The notes: generated by a model not told the origin, from the sequence alone. A DNA stretch of 64,000 bases from an uncultured Verrucomicrobiae bacterium (GCA_963765205.1 CAVXVB010000008.1:443049-507048), one strand, 5' to 3'; shown: positions 40,278 through 50,710, numbered from the stretch's first letter. Numbers and translations: made by a program.

Positions 40278-41333
40278 GTGGAATCACGCTATCTACCAGC
40301 CGAGTTGAGGAAATTTGCCCGCGCGCTGTTGCGCGAGGCGGGGCTGGCGGCGGCCCCGGCGCGGGTGGTCGCCGAGGTGCTGGTCGAAGGCGATTTGCTG
40401 GGCAAGACAACGCACGGGCTGAATTTGCTGCCGGCGTATTTGCGGGAAATTGAGGCCGGGAAGATGACGCTCTCCGGCGAGCCGAAAGTTTTGCGCCAGA
40501 CGGCGGCGACGCTGCTGCTCGACGCGAACTACCAGGCCGGGCCGTTCGTGCTGAAGCGCGCGATTGAGTGGGCTGCGCCACGCGCGAAAAAGCACGGCGT
40601 CGCGACGGTCTCGATCCGCCGGTGCCACCATATCGCAAGCCTCATCGCCTATTTGCCGCCCGTGGCCGGGCGCAACCTGCTCATCATGCTCATGTGCTCG
40701 GACCCGGCGAACCGGACGGTCGCCGCGCCGGGCGGCGTGGAAGGCGTTTGCTCGCCCAACCCGGTCGGGGTCGGCATCCCCACCCAGGGTGACCCCATTC
40801 TCATTGACACCACCACGGCCAACACTAGCAACGGAGGGGCGGCGCGCCTGCGCAACGAGGGGCGCAAATTTTCCTCGCCCATCCTGCAAACCGCCCGCGG
40901 CCAGCCGACGAACGATCCGCGGGTGCTGCTGGCCAACCCGCCCGGCCTGATTTTTCCGCTCGGGGGGCCGGCGCTGGCGCACAAAGGCTTTGGCTTCTCC
41001 CTGCTTGTCGAAGCGCTGGCCAACGCGCTCACCGGCCAGGGTCGCGCCGGGCAACCGGAGCGCTGGGGCGCGACGGTGTTCCTGCAAATCATTGACCCAA
41101 AATTTTTTGGCGGGCGGGCCGCCTTCGCGCGCGAAACCCAGTTTTTCGCACAGGCCTGCCGCCAATCAAAAAGCAGGCCGGGCGAGCCGCCGGTGCGGCT
41201 GCCCGGTGACCAAGCGCAAGCGGTGAAGCGGGAGCAACTGGCCCGCGGCATCACGCTGCATCCAGGAATCTTGCCGGCTTTGCAGCCGTGGGCGGAGAAA
41301 TTCGGGGTGCGTCCTCCCAATGCAGGCCAATAA
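40278..41333 (+). CDS. Ldh_2 (malate/L-lactate dehydrogenase-like) oxidoreductase
   Basis: DLLGKTTHG, HHI, SPNP, HKGFG, RLPG. Confidence 0.85.
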   Translation: MESRYLPAELRKFARALLREAGLAAAPARVVAEVLVEGDLLGKTTHGLNLLPAYLREIEAGKMTLSGEPKVLRQTAATLLLDANYQAGPFVLKRAIEWAAPRAKKHGVATVSIRRCHHIASLIAYLPPVAGRNLLIMLMCSDPANRTVAAPGGVEGVCSPNPVGVGIPTQGDPILIDTTTANTSNGGAARLRNEGRKFSSPILQTARGQPTNDPRVLLANPPGLIFPLGGPALAHKGFGFSLLVEALANALTGQGRAGQPERWGATVFLQIIDPKFFGGRAAFARETQFFAQACRQSKSRPGEPPVRLPGDQAQAVKREQLARGITLHPGILPALQPWAEKFGVRPPNAGQ

Positions 41334-41370
41334 ACTGTTTCTCGCTTGCCATGAAATAGTGACGCACCTT

Positions 41371-41445
41371 CGTAGCGCTGAGCTTCAGCCAGCGCTCCTG
41401 GTTGCGCGAATATCAAGGAAGCACTGGCTAAAGCTCAGCGCTACG
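41371..41445. repeat. REP-like (GTAG) inverted pair
   Basis: CGTAGCGCTGAGCTTCAGCCAG ... CTGGCTAAAGCTCAGCGCTACG. Confidence 0.7.
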
Positions 41446-41561
41446 AAACAGCTCATTGGCGCAAAATGCGTCACTGCCCTATCAGGAAGCGGCATTGACC
41501 TATGGCCGTGGACGGCGTTGAATTTACAACCCGGCTTCCACCCCACCCCCCCCGCCACACG

Positions 41562-41930
41562 ATGAGGCTTTACCCGAGATTGACGGCCACGCTGTTGGCC
41601 GTCGCGATTTTTCACCCTGATTTCGTGCGCGCGGCGGATGCGCCCGCGATGGCTGCGCCTGCGACCAGTGTGAATTTGCCGGTGACTGCTGCCACGCCAG
41701 CGCCCGCCGCGGCGTCCGCGTCTGCGTCCGGCCAACCGGCGGCACCAACCAACGAGGATGATTCCGGCCTCAAAGATAGACATGGCCAAGATTCCCCGAT
41801 CAGGTTTCCCATCCCGGTTTACCTTTGGATCACCGCTGTGGTCTTCACCATTATATTGCTGCCGGAGTATTTCCGCCGCCGGAAAATCAAACAAGCGGCC
41901 CGCCAAAAAGAGCCTTCGCCCTGGGATTGA
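41562..41930 (+). CDS. Small exported protein with a C-terminal TM anchor
   Basis: Signal peptide, Ala/Pro linker, TM followed by RRRK. Confidence 0.55.
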   Translation: MRLYPRLTATLLAVAIFHPDFVRAADAPAMAAPATSVNLPVTAATPAPAAASASASGQPAAPTNEDDSGLKDRHGQDSPIRFPIPVYLWITAVVFTIILLPEYFRRRKIKQAARQKEPSPWD

Positions 41931-42089
41931 CCTTTGGAGATTCGCGGCGTTGAATCTCTACCCCGGCCCCACCCCACCCCCCCCCGCCCCTGCCATGAGG
42001 CTCCTATTTTTCTGGTCAAGAGCGCCGGCTGCCAGCGCAGTTTATTCCAAATGGCTATTATTAATCCCTTCTCGTTTTTCTCCCACCCC

Positions 42090-43731
42090 ATGAAAATAAA
42101 ATTTGCCTGCCCCTCCTTTCGTCCATTGATGCTGGTGGCCGCTTTATTGGCCGCCTCCAGCGCGCCGGCGGCGGACGTTACTTTGCATTTCCTGGATGGC
42201 ACGTCGCCGGTCGCGCCCACCGGCGTCAGTTGGGGCGTGCCGTGGCCGCAAGGCACGGTGAAAAAGGACCAGGCGTTTTCGCTAACTGCGCCCGACGGCA
42301 CGGCGATGCCGCTGCAATCGTGGACGCTCGCCTACTGGCCCGATGGCTCGATCAAGTGGACGGGTTTTGCCACGACTTCGACGCCGGGCATGTCGGGCAA
42401 TTTGAAACTTTCCACCAGTGCCGCGCCGGCCGCCACCGGGCAACTTAAGGTCACCGACGCAGTGACCTACATCCAGATCAACACGGGGCCGCTGACCTGC
42501 GTGATTGATAAAACGGGCGACACGATTGTGGACTGGATGGCGGTCAACGGCACCACGGTTGCGCAAAAGGGGCAGTTGGTGTGCATTCTGCAAAATGGCC
42601 CGGAAACCAACCCGGAGGATTCGCCACCCGCGCGCGAAAAATACCTGAGCACGATCAAGAAGGTGACGCTGGAACAGTCCGGCCCGGTGCGAGCGACGGT
42701 GAAAATCGAGGGGATGCACAAGGGCGTGACGAGCGGGCGCGAGTGGCTGCCGTTCACCGTGCGCCTGTATTTTTACAGCGGCGAGACGTCGGTGCGCCTC
42801 GTGCACACGATTGTGTTCGACGGCGACCAGGAGAAGGATTTCGTGCGCGGGTTGGGCATGACGTTCGCCGTGCCGATGCGCGAGGAAGTGCAAAACCGCC
42901 ATGTGCGTTTCTCCGGCGAGGATGGCGGCTTGTGGGCCGAGCCGATCCAGCCCGGTGCGGGCAACGCGCAACAGGACGCGGGCCAGCCCATTGGCGGCGG
43001 GGGGAACTACGGCCTCAATGGCGCATATGCCATTTGGGATGACTTCAAGCTCGTGCAGCCCACGCCGGACGGCTTCACCATCACCAAGCGCACGAACCCG
43101 CAAAGCACCTGGCTGTATTCCAACGCGGGCAAACGTTCCTCCGGTTTCGCGTTTGTCGGGGACACCAGCGGCGGCCTGGGCCTGAGCGTGAAAAATTTCT
43201 GGCAGTCCTTCCCTGATTCGCTCGAAGTGCGGCACGCCAGCGCCGACGTGGCGCAACTGACCGCCTGGTTCTGGAGCCCCGACGGCCCGGAGATGGATAT
43301 GCGGCATTATGACATCAAAGCCCACGGCCTCGGCCCCACCTATGAAGACGTGCGCCTCGACTTGGGCCGCAGCACGGCCTACGGCGTCGGCCGCACCAGC
43401 GAGTTGACGCTCTACCCGGAGACGGCCGTGCCCGCGAAGGAGGACACGGTGGCCCTGGCGCAGGCCGGCACGGAACTGCCCATGATTGCCGCAACGCCGG
43501 ATTATATCCATTCGACCGGGGTGTTTGGCTTCTGGAGCGTGCAGGATCGCTCGACGCCGTATAAGACCGCGATTGAAGACGGCCTCGATTCGCTGCTCGC
43601 TTTTTATGAAAAGGAAGTGGACGAGCGCAACTGGTATGGTTTCTGGCAATTCGGCGACTTCATCCACAGCTATAATAACGCGGAGCATGAATGGTATTAC
43701 GACTTCGGCGGCCATGCGTGGGACAACACGA
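42090..43731 (+). pseudogene. YetA/PcRGLX-like (PL26) exo-rhamnogalacturonan lyase, 3'-truncated at the junction
   Basis: VSWGVPWPQG, LAYWPDGSIKW, WYGFWQFGD, DFGGHAWDN then an immediate stop. Confidence 0.8.
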
Positions 43732-45688
43732 AAGCGTAGGTCTCCTCGCGAATGTACCAATCCGATGTCCAGGCAAGCTCGCCGAGGCTGGCGATGCTGC
43801 ACGCCTCGGCCATGCGTGTCAGGCCAAGATTGAGCCCTTCAGACAGCAAGGCCGCCATGATGATGCGATTGTCGGCCACGGTTTCGCCAGTGCGCAAGTG
43901 GGTGAAGCAGTCGGGGAAAAGGGTCCAGCGCGCCACTTCAGTCAGCAGGTCGGTGATGCGGATGCGCGGCAGCATGGCGTAGAGGCGTTCGGTCATGGCC
44001 TTGGCTTCCGGCGGTGTGGATTTTTCAAGCGGCGAGATTTTCAGCACGCCGTTCTCGATCGTCACGTCGGGCAGCAGCCCTCCTTTGGCACGGGTGTCTA
44101 CCTCCTTCAGCCGTTCATCCAGCAGGGTGCGTCGACCCTCGATGAAGCGGTCGAAGTCCGCCTCGACCGCGATCGGAAGCGTGTCGGACTTTTGCAGATT
44201 CTGCATGGTCTTCCTGGAAAGAAGCCGTTCCTCGAAGGAGCGGTATTGGCGGCTGCCGACGACCCAGACATCGCCGGCGCGCAATCGGTCGCGCAATTCC
44301 GACAGGACGCAGAACTCGTAGTAGCGTCGGTCGATGACGCCGCCGGGCAGCACGTACGGCACCCAGCGTTGCCGGACGAAGCTTGTTGGAGCATCTTTCG
44401 GCAGGGTGGACCCCTCGGTCCGATTTGCCTCGCGCAGCACCTCGATGGCGCGAAGAAGCGAGGCCGACGCCGGCACACTCTCGAATTTGAGCGCATCCAG
44501 GAACGCGGGCGACCAGCGCCGGATGTCGCCGTAGTGCCTGGTCAGGCCCGGATAGGCGTCGAACGCCTCTGGCCGTGCCAGTGCTTTGGCTTCAGCGATG
44601 GTGGTGCAGAACTGCTTCCAGGGAATCACCGTTTCGATGGCGGCGAAAGCATTCCGCTTCTTGTCGTGAGCAGCGATCAGCGCATCACCGACGCGGGCAA
44701 AGAGACGGACCTTGTTGTTGATGGATCGGGCATCGGCCTGGAAGGCGCGGACCTGCCGTCCTTCGGCCTTGCGAAAGAGGGCGCCGATCAGGCGGTCGAA
44801 CACATCGACGGCCTGGTCGGTCAGGTTGGCGCCGAGGTCCAGGCAAATTGCGACCAGCGTCGCGTGCCGGCGCTGCCGTTCGTGGTCGGCAACATGCTGG
44901 ACCGTGCTGCGGCCAGCCTCACGAACAAGCTGAGCAAGGCGCGCCTGATGGACCTGGTGGCCGCAACTGGGTTGGATGCCGATCGCGCGCACATGATAGA
45001 GGCGTTCGATCAGACCGAGCATGGCATCCGGCTTGGCGGCTTCTGGCATTTGCCGCAACCAGGTCAGCCAGTTCTGACCGGTCTTTTCCCGCCGCTGTGT
45101 CAGCGCATCGAGCCGGCGTCGCTGTTCGGCGGACAGATCCCCGGCCAGGCGGCGATACACTTCCTGATGGGCCTGGTCGCGGAGTGCACCACACAACCGT
45201 TCAAGTGCATCTTTGGTCGGAACGATAATCCGGCGCTGGCGGCATGTCTGCATCACCAGCTCGGCCAGATGGACGAAGCGGTCGTCTTCGATCGCCTGCG
45301 GCAAGAGGACCTCAGCCAATTCTGCCGCCGTTCGCCTGCCGAACGGACGCAGTCCGAGCTGGCGCTGGCATTCGACGGAATGGTGCTGGCGATTCCGCTC
45401 CGCCGCGAGGTATGCGTCAATCGCCTCCGGGAAAACCCCGAGCTGCTCGGCAACAAATGCAAGCAGCGCAGCCGGCGGCCGTTCGCCGGGGCGCAGGGCA
45501 CGACCGGGATAGCGCAGGTAGCAGAGCATAAGGGCGTGGCCGAGGCGATTGTGATCGCCGTGGGAGCGACCGATTGCGGCAAGATCCGCTTCCGACAGCG
45601 TGAAGTGGCGCACCAATTCCCGTTCCTCGGCCGGAGGGTCAAATAGCTCTGCAATCTGGGCTGTGGTCAATCTCTGCCGTCGCGCCAC
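43732..45688 (-). pseudogene. tnpA: Tn3-family transposase TnpA, C-terminal catalytic region missing
   Basis: NRLG.A..LCYLRYPG, LRAGDVWV.GSRQY, LPRIRITDLL, GLNLGL.RMAE, YIREETY then a break; RBS GGAGG before GTG 45688. Confidence 0.9.
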
Positions 45689-45866
45689 TTCCGCCTCCAG
45701 GACCTTGATCCTCCGCAGATCAGACAAACCGCCCAGAGAGTCGATTAGTGTATTGCGCGGATCTCGAATGTGTCAGAGCTTGGAGGCACTGCTTTCGAAT
45801 GCCGTTACGCTGTCTCAGACCTCATGGCATGGTGCCGCGGCCAGATGTCTGCCGAACGTCGCCGGG

Positions 45867-46838
45867 TCATCGGGCGGCTGGTCCATGAGGCTCGGCACCA
45901 GGACCGAGCAAGCCGCGCCGCTGCGCCTGTCGCAGCAGGTTCCTGACCGACGATGGATGCCAGCGCGTGCCGCCCCGCGGCGTGCGTTCATGCATGGCCT
46001 CGAGTTGGCTGGCGACCTGCTGCAGCGTCATCGCCGGCGCGGCCAGGACAATGCCGGCCACCAGCGCCACCAGCCGGTCGTCGGCTGGCCTGCGCCTGGC
46101 ACTCCCGAGCAAGCCGGGTTCGACGATGCCTTCGCTCGCCAGCCGGTGCACCGCCCGGCGCAGGCGCTGCGCGGTCCAGGCATGGCCACCGCCGCGGCGG
46201 TTGAGCACCTGCACCACATCGCCCCAGGGTTGGTCGGGGCGCATCCGCCGCACTGTCGGCAGCCAGGCATCGAGACCGGCAAGCATAGCGTCGAGGTGGA
46301 CGGCATCGCGCGCCGACCGGAGCTTGCGGATGGTGCCTGGATCACGGGCGCGCAGTCCCGGGTTGCCGCCCACCCGTCCACGGGCCTTGGCCGACCGCAA
46401 CCCGGCCTTGGTGCGCTCGGCGATCAGCGCCCGTTCCAGCTGCGCGACGGCCCCCAGCACCTGCAGCGAGAACATGCCCTGCGGTGTCGTGGTGTCGATC
46501 GGATCGCGCAGGGAGCGGAAATGCGCCCCTTTGGCCTCCAATTGCTCGATGACGCTGAGCAGATGCGCGACGGAGCGGGCCAGGCGGTCGAGGCGCACCA
46601 CCACCAGGGTCTCGCCGGGCCGGATGTCGCGCAGCACCTGCGCCAGCACCGGACGGCCATGGTCGGCGCCGGAAGCATGCTCCGCATGCACCAGCGCGCA
46701 GCCGGCGGCGCGCAGTTCATCTGCCTGCGGATCAGTCTGCTGTTCTTCGGTTGATACCCTGGCGTAGCCGACCAGGCGCGTTTTTGAGGCCGCCGTTGCT
46801 TTCCGCATCCGCATGCCCGCGTCCTTCCCGGCCGCCAT
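45867..46838 (-). CDS. tnpR: Serine resolvase with extended C-terminus
   Basis: GYARVST..Q, RLDRLARS, AQLER..IAERT..GL..A..RGR.GG. Confidence 0.9.
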   Translation of the reverse strand: MAAGKDAGMRMRKATAASKTRLVGYARVSTEEQQTDPQADELRAAGCALVHAEHASGADHGRPVLAQVLRDIRPGETLVVVRLDRLARSVAHLLSVIEQLEAKGAHFRSLRDPIDTTTPQGMFSLQVLGAVAQLERALIAERTKAGLRSAKARGRVGGNPGLRARDPGTIRKLRSARDAVHLDAMLAGLDAWLPTVRRMRPDQPWGDVVQVLNRRGGGHAWTAQRLRRAVHRLASEGIVEPGLLGSARRRPADDRLVALVAGIVLAAPAMTLQQVASQLEAMHERTPRGGTRWHPSSVRNLLRQAQRRGLLGPGAEPHGPAAR

Positions 46839-46968
46839 GGCGGGCACCGCCGATTTACAATTACGGAAGTGATCCGCAAACCACCGTTTGCAGGCGCGCC
46901 CACGCCGAGCGCCTCTCCGTTCACGACCGCCAAAGCCAGCGAAAGACTGGCCTCCGCGGCGCGTCGCC

Positions 46969-47447
46969 TGTCAGCCGGCAGTCATTGATGAGACTGCAAC
47001 GACATGCCATCTTGTTGGAATCACTGCATTCATGCCAGGCAGTTAATCGTGAGAAATCAGGCAGGCAAAGCTGAGAAAGGCAGCCATTGGTGAGACAACG
47101 TGGCTCGCAACGTGCGACTTGCCGGGGTCGCCGGCGACGCGGGCCTTGCCGAGGCTGCGGCGCCTGGGCGGTTCGAACAGGTCGAAGTGGCCCCTGCACC
47201 GAGCGCCAGCAACAGCACCCAACCGGACGGGCTGGCTCGGCGCGGCATGACGGATATCGAGGCAATTTCAAGCGGATCGCTGGCACTCCCGAGTTGGTTA
47301 CTACTGATAATATCCGCTTATCGGTCCTAATCCGCGTGTCGCACGGTTAACTGCCGATTTCTCAGCTTTAAATGCCTGCGTCTCACCCTTGGCTGCCGCA
47401 AACCGGGCCGGAAAAGCCCCTGTCTCATCAATGACTGCCGGCTGACA
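46969..47447. mobile_element. 479-bp non-autonomous TG..CA element (Tn5053/Tn402- or Tn7/Mu-like MITE)
   Basis: Perfect 26-bp IR TGTCAGCCGGCAGTCATTGATGAGAC (46969-94 / 47422-47); 5-bp TSD TCGCC (46964-68 / 47448-52); internal sub-repeats near 47080 and 47380. Confidence 0.85.
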
Positions 47448-47681
47448 TCGCCCGAAACGATTATGACGGGCAGACCGGGTGGCGGCGGTGCCAGGTACGA
47501 TTACCGCGCCTGTCGAGTGGCTGCCACAATTCGTCGATCGATAACGAATTCAGATTGTTATCCGCGATGGTTGCGCTGGGCCGCCGCCAGGCGCCAAGGC
47601 GGCGCTGCAGTTGCCTTCGAAAACCGATGTTCCCGTTTCGTCGCAAAACTCGTACCGGAGGGGCGGTTCGTTCGTTGGAGC

Positions 47682-48118
47682 GTGTGCCTTGCCAAGGCGC
47701 ACCGTTCTCCCCGGTGGAAATCCGGGCCGGCAAACTCTCGCTCCAGCCGGAAGCACTCGGGGCGGGTCAGGAGGCGACGAATGGCCTGAAGCACTTCGAG
47801 AAAAGGCCCCGTAGGGGGTCAGCGGGCCGTGCGGGCCGCAACGTGAGTGAACATCGGAAAGGCCTCGAAAGACGCAATGTGGGAGCCGACCCGCCGCTCC
47901 AACGGGGAAGGCCGCCGCCGTCGGTGAAGTGAGCGAGACATGCAGCCGACGATCCCACCGGGGTAGTGATGGCAGCACGCACGGGACATGAATGGTGCGC
48001 AACAAGGGAAGTCTGCGACCGTGGCGGGGAGGCGGCACCTCCGCGCCAACGGCGAACCCGTGAGGGCCAGCGCCGGCGGACGCAGATGGCGGATGGGCTC
48101 GTACTACCGGTGAGGCCG
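47682..48118 (+). ncRNA. Group II intron 5' fragment (DI to DIII), truncated
   Basis: GTGTG start; EBS1 GCTCCAAC (47896-903) complementary to exon end GTTGGAGC (47674-81); GATGGCGGATGGGCTCGTACTACCGGTGAGGCCG DII/DIII-type sequence; no RT or DV. Confidence 0.8.
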
Positions 48119-48484
48119 TTCTGGGGTGGGCTCTGGGGCCTGTTCATTGGCGGAATGTTCATAGCCGTTCCCGTCGTCGGCCCCGTCATCGTGCTCGGCT
48201 ACGTGGCAGCCGTAGCCGCCTCGGCGTTGGAAGGCGCCCTGCTGGTCGGCGGACTGAGCGCTTTTGGCGCCGCACTTGCCAGCATCGGCATACCGAGGGA
48301 TAGCGTCATCGAGTACCAGACGGCCGTCAGGGCAGATAACTTCCTCGTCATGGCCCATGGTGCCGCCGACAACGTGGCGCGCGCCAAGGCCATCCTGGCG
48401 ACGGCCGAGCCCTCGCATCTGGATGTCCACGCCGGCATCGCGGAGTTCCCGTCACCGGACCGGCTCGTCCCTGCCGGCGCCTGA
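48119..48484 (+). pseudogene. C-terminal half of a general-stress / DUF1269-like membrane protein
   Basis: FWGGLWGL..PVVGPV..GAALASIGIPRDSVIEY..FLVMAHG; N-terminus replaced by the intron fragment. Confidence 0.65.
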
Positions 48485-48712
48485 GCGACGGCTTCGCCGA
48501 AACCAAAACCGGCGGCGGCCGCCACCTGCCGCCGGGGTTGCTAATTCTTCCGCCACGCAAGCGGCCACGGCTCAGCTTCGTCGCTGTGACGCGTCCCGCT
48601 GTGCCGTCTGCCGCGGACGTGGGAACAACCGGCGCGTGAGTAGATTCCGAAACTGCCACCAGCGTGCCGGAGGCGCCTACGGAGCGTGTGAGAGCCATCG
48701 CGGGGAGACCGT

Positions 48713-49246
48713 ATGGACGGCGAAGTGACAATTTTCGGCGAAACGCCACGCAGTTCGTTGGCACGGGAACCGCGGGAAATTCTCGTCCTTGGCCTGGGCA
48801 ACACATTGCTGGGCGACGACGGCGTGGGCGTGCATGTCGTACAGTGCCTCGCCCGTGCCCCCTATGCGCGTGCCGGTCTTCGCCCGCTCGACGGAGGCAC
48901 GATGGGCTTTCGGCTCATGGCCGCCGTCATGCAGACCGGCTCGGTCCTCTTTGTCGACGCGGCTCAGCTTGGCGAAACGGCGGGAACGGTCCGCCTGCTG
49001 GACGGGACTGCGCTTGCGGAGACTGTCCGGCACAGCGGAAGCACGAGCGCGCATGCGGCGGGCTTGGCGAGCCTGCTGACGCTGGCTGGCCTGTCCGGTT
49101 GGCAGCCGATCCATCTCGCGCTCCTCGCCATTCAGCCGCAGCGGATCGGCTGGGGCGACGAACTTAGCGACACCGTAAGGCAGGCGCTTCCCGCCGCCTG
49201 CAGGATGGCGATCCAAACCGTGCGGGACTGGCAGGCTTTCGCATGA
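48713..49246 (+). CDS. Hydrogenase maturation protease (HyaD/HupD-like)
   Basis: LVLGLGNTLLGDDGVG, DGGT, VDA, SAH. Confidence 0.9.
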   Translation: MDGEVTIFGETPRSSLAREPREILVLGLGNTLLGDDGVGVHVVQCLARAPYARAGLRPLDGGTMGFRLMAAVMQTGSVLFVDAAQLGETAGTVRLLDGTALAETVRHSGSTSAHAAGLASLLTLAGLSGWQPIHLALLAIQPQRIGWGDELSDTVRQALPAACRMAIQTVRDWQAFA

Positions 49247-49649
49247 ACGATCCGGCATCGCACACCAATGACGGGTTGGTGGACACGTTGGCGACGGAAA
49301 TCGCGTCCTTGCTCGCGCGGCTGCTGGAACACGGCGAGGGTGGGAGCATCGATCTCCGCAGCCTTCCCTTGTCACCCGCCTGCATCGCAGCTCTGAGCAG
49401 TGCCTCGGCCAGGGCGAGATCACCGCCCGGCTCGACGCCGCCGGAAAGAGCGACATCCGCGAAACCGGCTTCCCGGCAGTCTGGTGGACGCGGCATTACG
49501 ACGAAACGGGCCATCTCATCGCAGCGCTGATCGAGGTTGCCTACGTGCCGGGCATCCTCAAGGCCGACATCGACGACATCCGGTACGGTGCGCGACGCCT
49601 GGCCGCTCGCACGAACCTTGCCCAGCATTGGCGCAGGATTGCGGAGTGA
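49243..49649 (+). CDS. Hydrogenase expression/formation protein (HyaF/HupH-like; apparent frameshift near 49400)
   Basis: IDLRSLPLS, then LGQGEI..IRETGFPAVW..IEVAYVP in the next frame. Confidence 0.7.
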
Positions 49650-50710
49650 TGGACGACAACGAGACCATGGGTGCCATGCTCGCCCGCCGCGGCTTTGGGC
49701 GGCGTGGCCTGCTCAAGTTTGCCATCGCCATGACATCCAGCCTGGCCCTGCCGCCTTCCGTCGCGCCTGTCATGGCGGCGAACCTGGCCCGCGCCAGGCG
49801 GCAGTCGGTGATCTGGCTGTCGTTCCAGGAGTGCACGGGATGCCTGGAGACGCTGCTGCGCTCGCCAAGCCCAACCATCAGCTCGTTGATCTTCGACTTC
49901 ATATCCCTGGACTATCAGGAAACGCTGATGGCAGCGGCCGGCTCCGCGGCGGAACAGACGCTGAGGGAGGCCGTTGCCGCCGGCAAGGGCGAGTATCTTT
50001 TGGCCATCGACGGGTCGATCCCCGTTCGGGACGGCGGCGTCTATTCCATGACCGGTGGACGCAGCAACGTCAGCATGCTGGAGACGATCGCAGCCGACGC
50101 GAAAGCGGTGCTGGCGATCGGGACCTGTGCAGCCTTTGGTGGAATCCCGAAGGCCTATCCCAATCCCACCGGGGCCGTCGCGGTGGAGGATCTGGTGGCC
50201 GGCAAGCCGGTCGTAAACATCCCGGGCTGCCCGCCGGTGCCGGAAGTGCTGAGCGGCGTGCTGGCCTATTTCATCAGTTTCGGCGCTCTGCCCGCGCTCG
50301 ATGACCGCAGGCGCCCGCTCGCCTATTTCGGCACCACAATTCACGATCAATGTTACCGGCGCCCGTTTTATGACCAGGGCAAGTTCGCCAAAAGCTTCGA
50401 CGACGATGGTGCCCGGCAGGGCTGGTGTCTCTTCGAGCTCGGATGCAAGGGCCCGACCACACACAATGCCTGTGCCAGCCTGAAGTGGAACGGCGGCACC
50501 AGCTTTCCGGTCGAGTCCGGCCATGGCTGCATCGGCTGCTCCGAGCCGGATTTCTGGGATGCGGGCAGCTTTTACACGCCACTCGCCGGCGCAACCCTGC
50601 CCGGGTGGCGAAATGCCGCCATCGCCGCATCCGTGGGCCTGGTCGGCGGTGCCGCTGCGGCGCTGAGCGGCCGACGCAAGACGGCACCCAAGCCGGAGAA
50701 GACGCCGTGA
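49649..50710 (+). CDS. hynS: [NiFe]-hydrogenase small subunit, Tat-exported
   Basis: GRRGLLK, ECTGC, GTCA.FGG, PGCPP, HDQCYR, GCKGP, HGCIGC. Confidence 0.95.
   Translation: MDDNETMGAMLARRGFGRRGLLKFAIAMTSSLALPPSVAPVMAANLARARRQSVIWLSFQECTGCLETLLRSPSPTISSLIFDFISLDYQETLMAAAGSAAEQTLREAVAAGKGEYLLAIDGSIPVRDGGVYSMTGGRSNVSMLETIAADAKAVLAIGTCAAFGGIPKAYPNPTGAVAVEDLVAGKPVVNIPGCPPVPEVLSGVLAYFISFGALPALDDRRRPLAYFGTTIHDQCYRRPFYDQGKFAKSFDDDGARQGWCLFELGCKGPTTHNACASLKWNGGTSFPVESGHGCIGCSEPDFWDAGSFYTPLAGATLPGWRNAAIAASVGLVGGAAAALSGRRKTAPKPEKTP

Noticed and set aside
43697..43760. Tn3 terminal inverted repeat at the junction
   Set aside because: No GGGG-type IR or TSD; tnpA is cut mid-gene
43691..45646. 651-aa plus-strand ORF and similar long antisense ORFs (16058-17554, 22579-24249, 42282-43802)
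   Set aside because: Shadow frames of real high-GC genes with no recognisable motifs
47966..48484. Full-length 172-aa protein
   Set aside because: The first ~50 codons are group II intron RNA sequence; only the C-terminal part is protein-like
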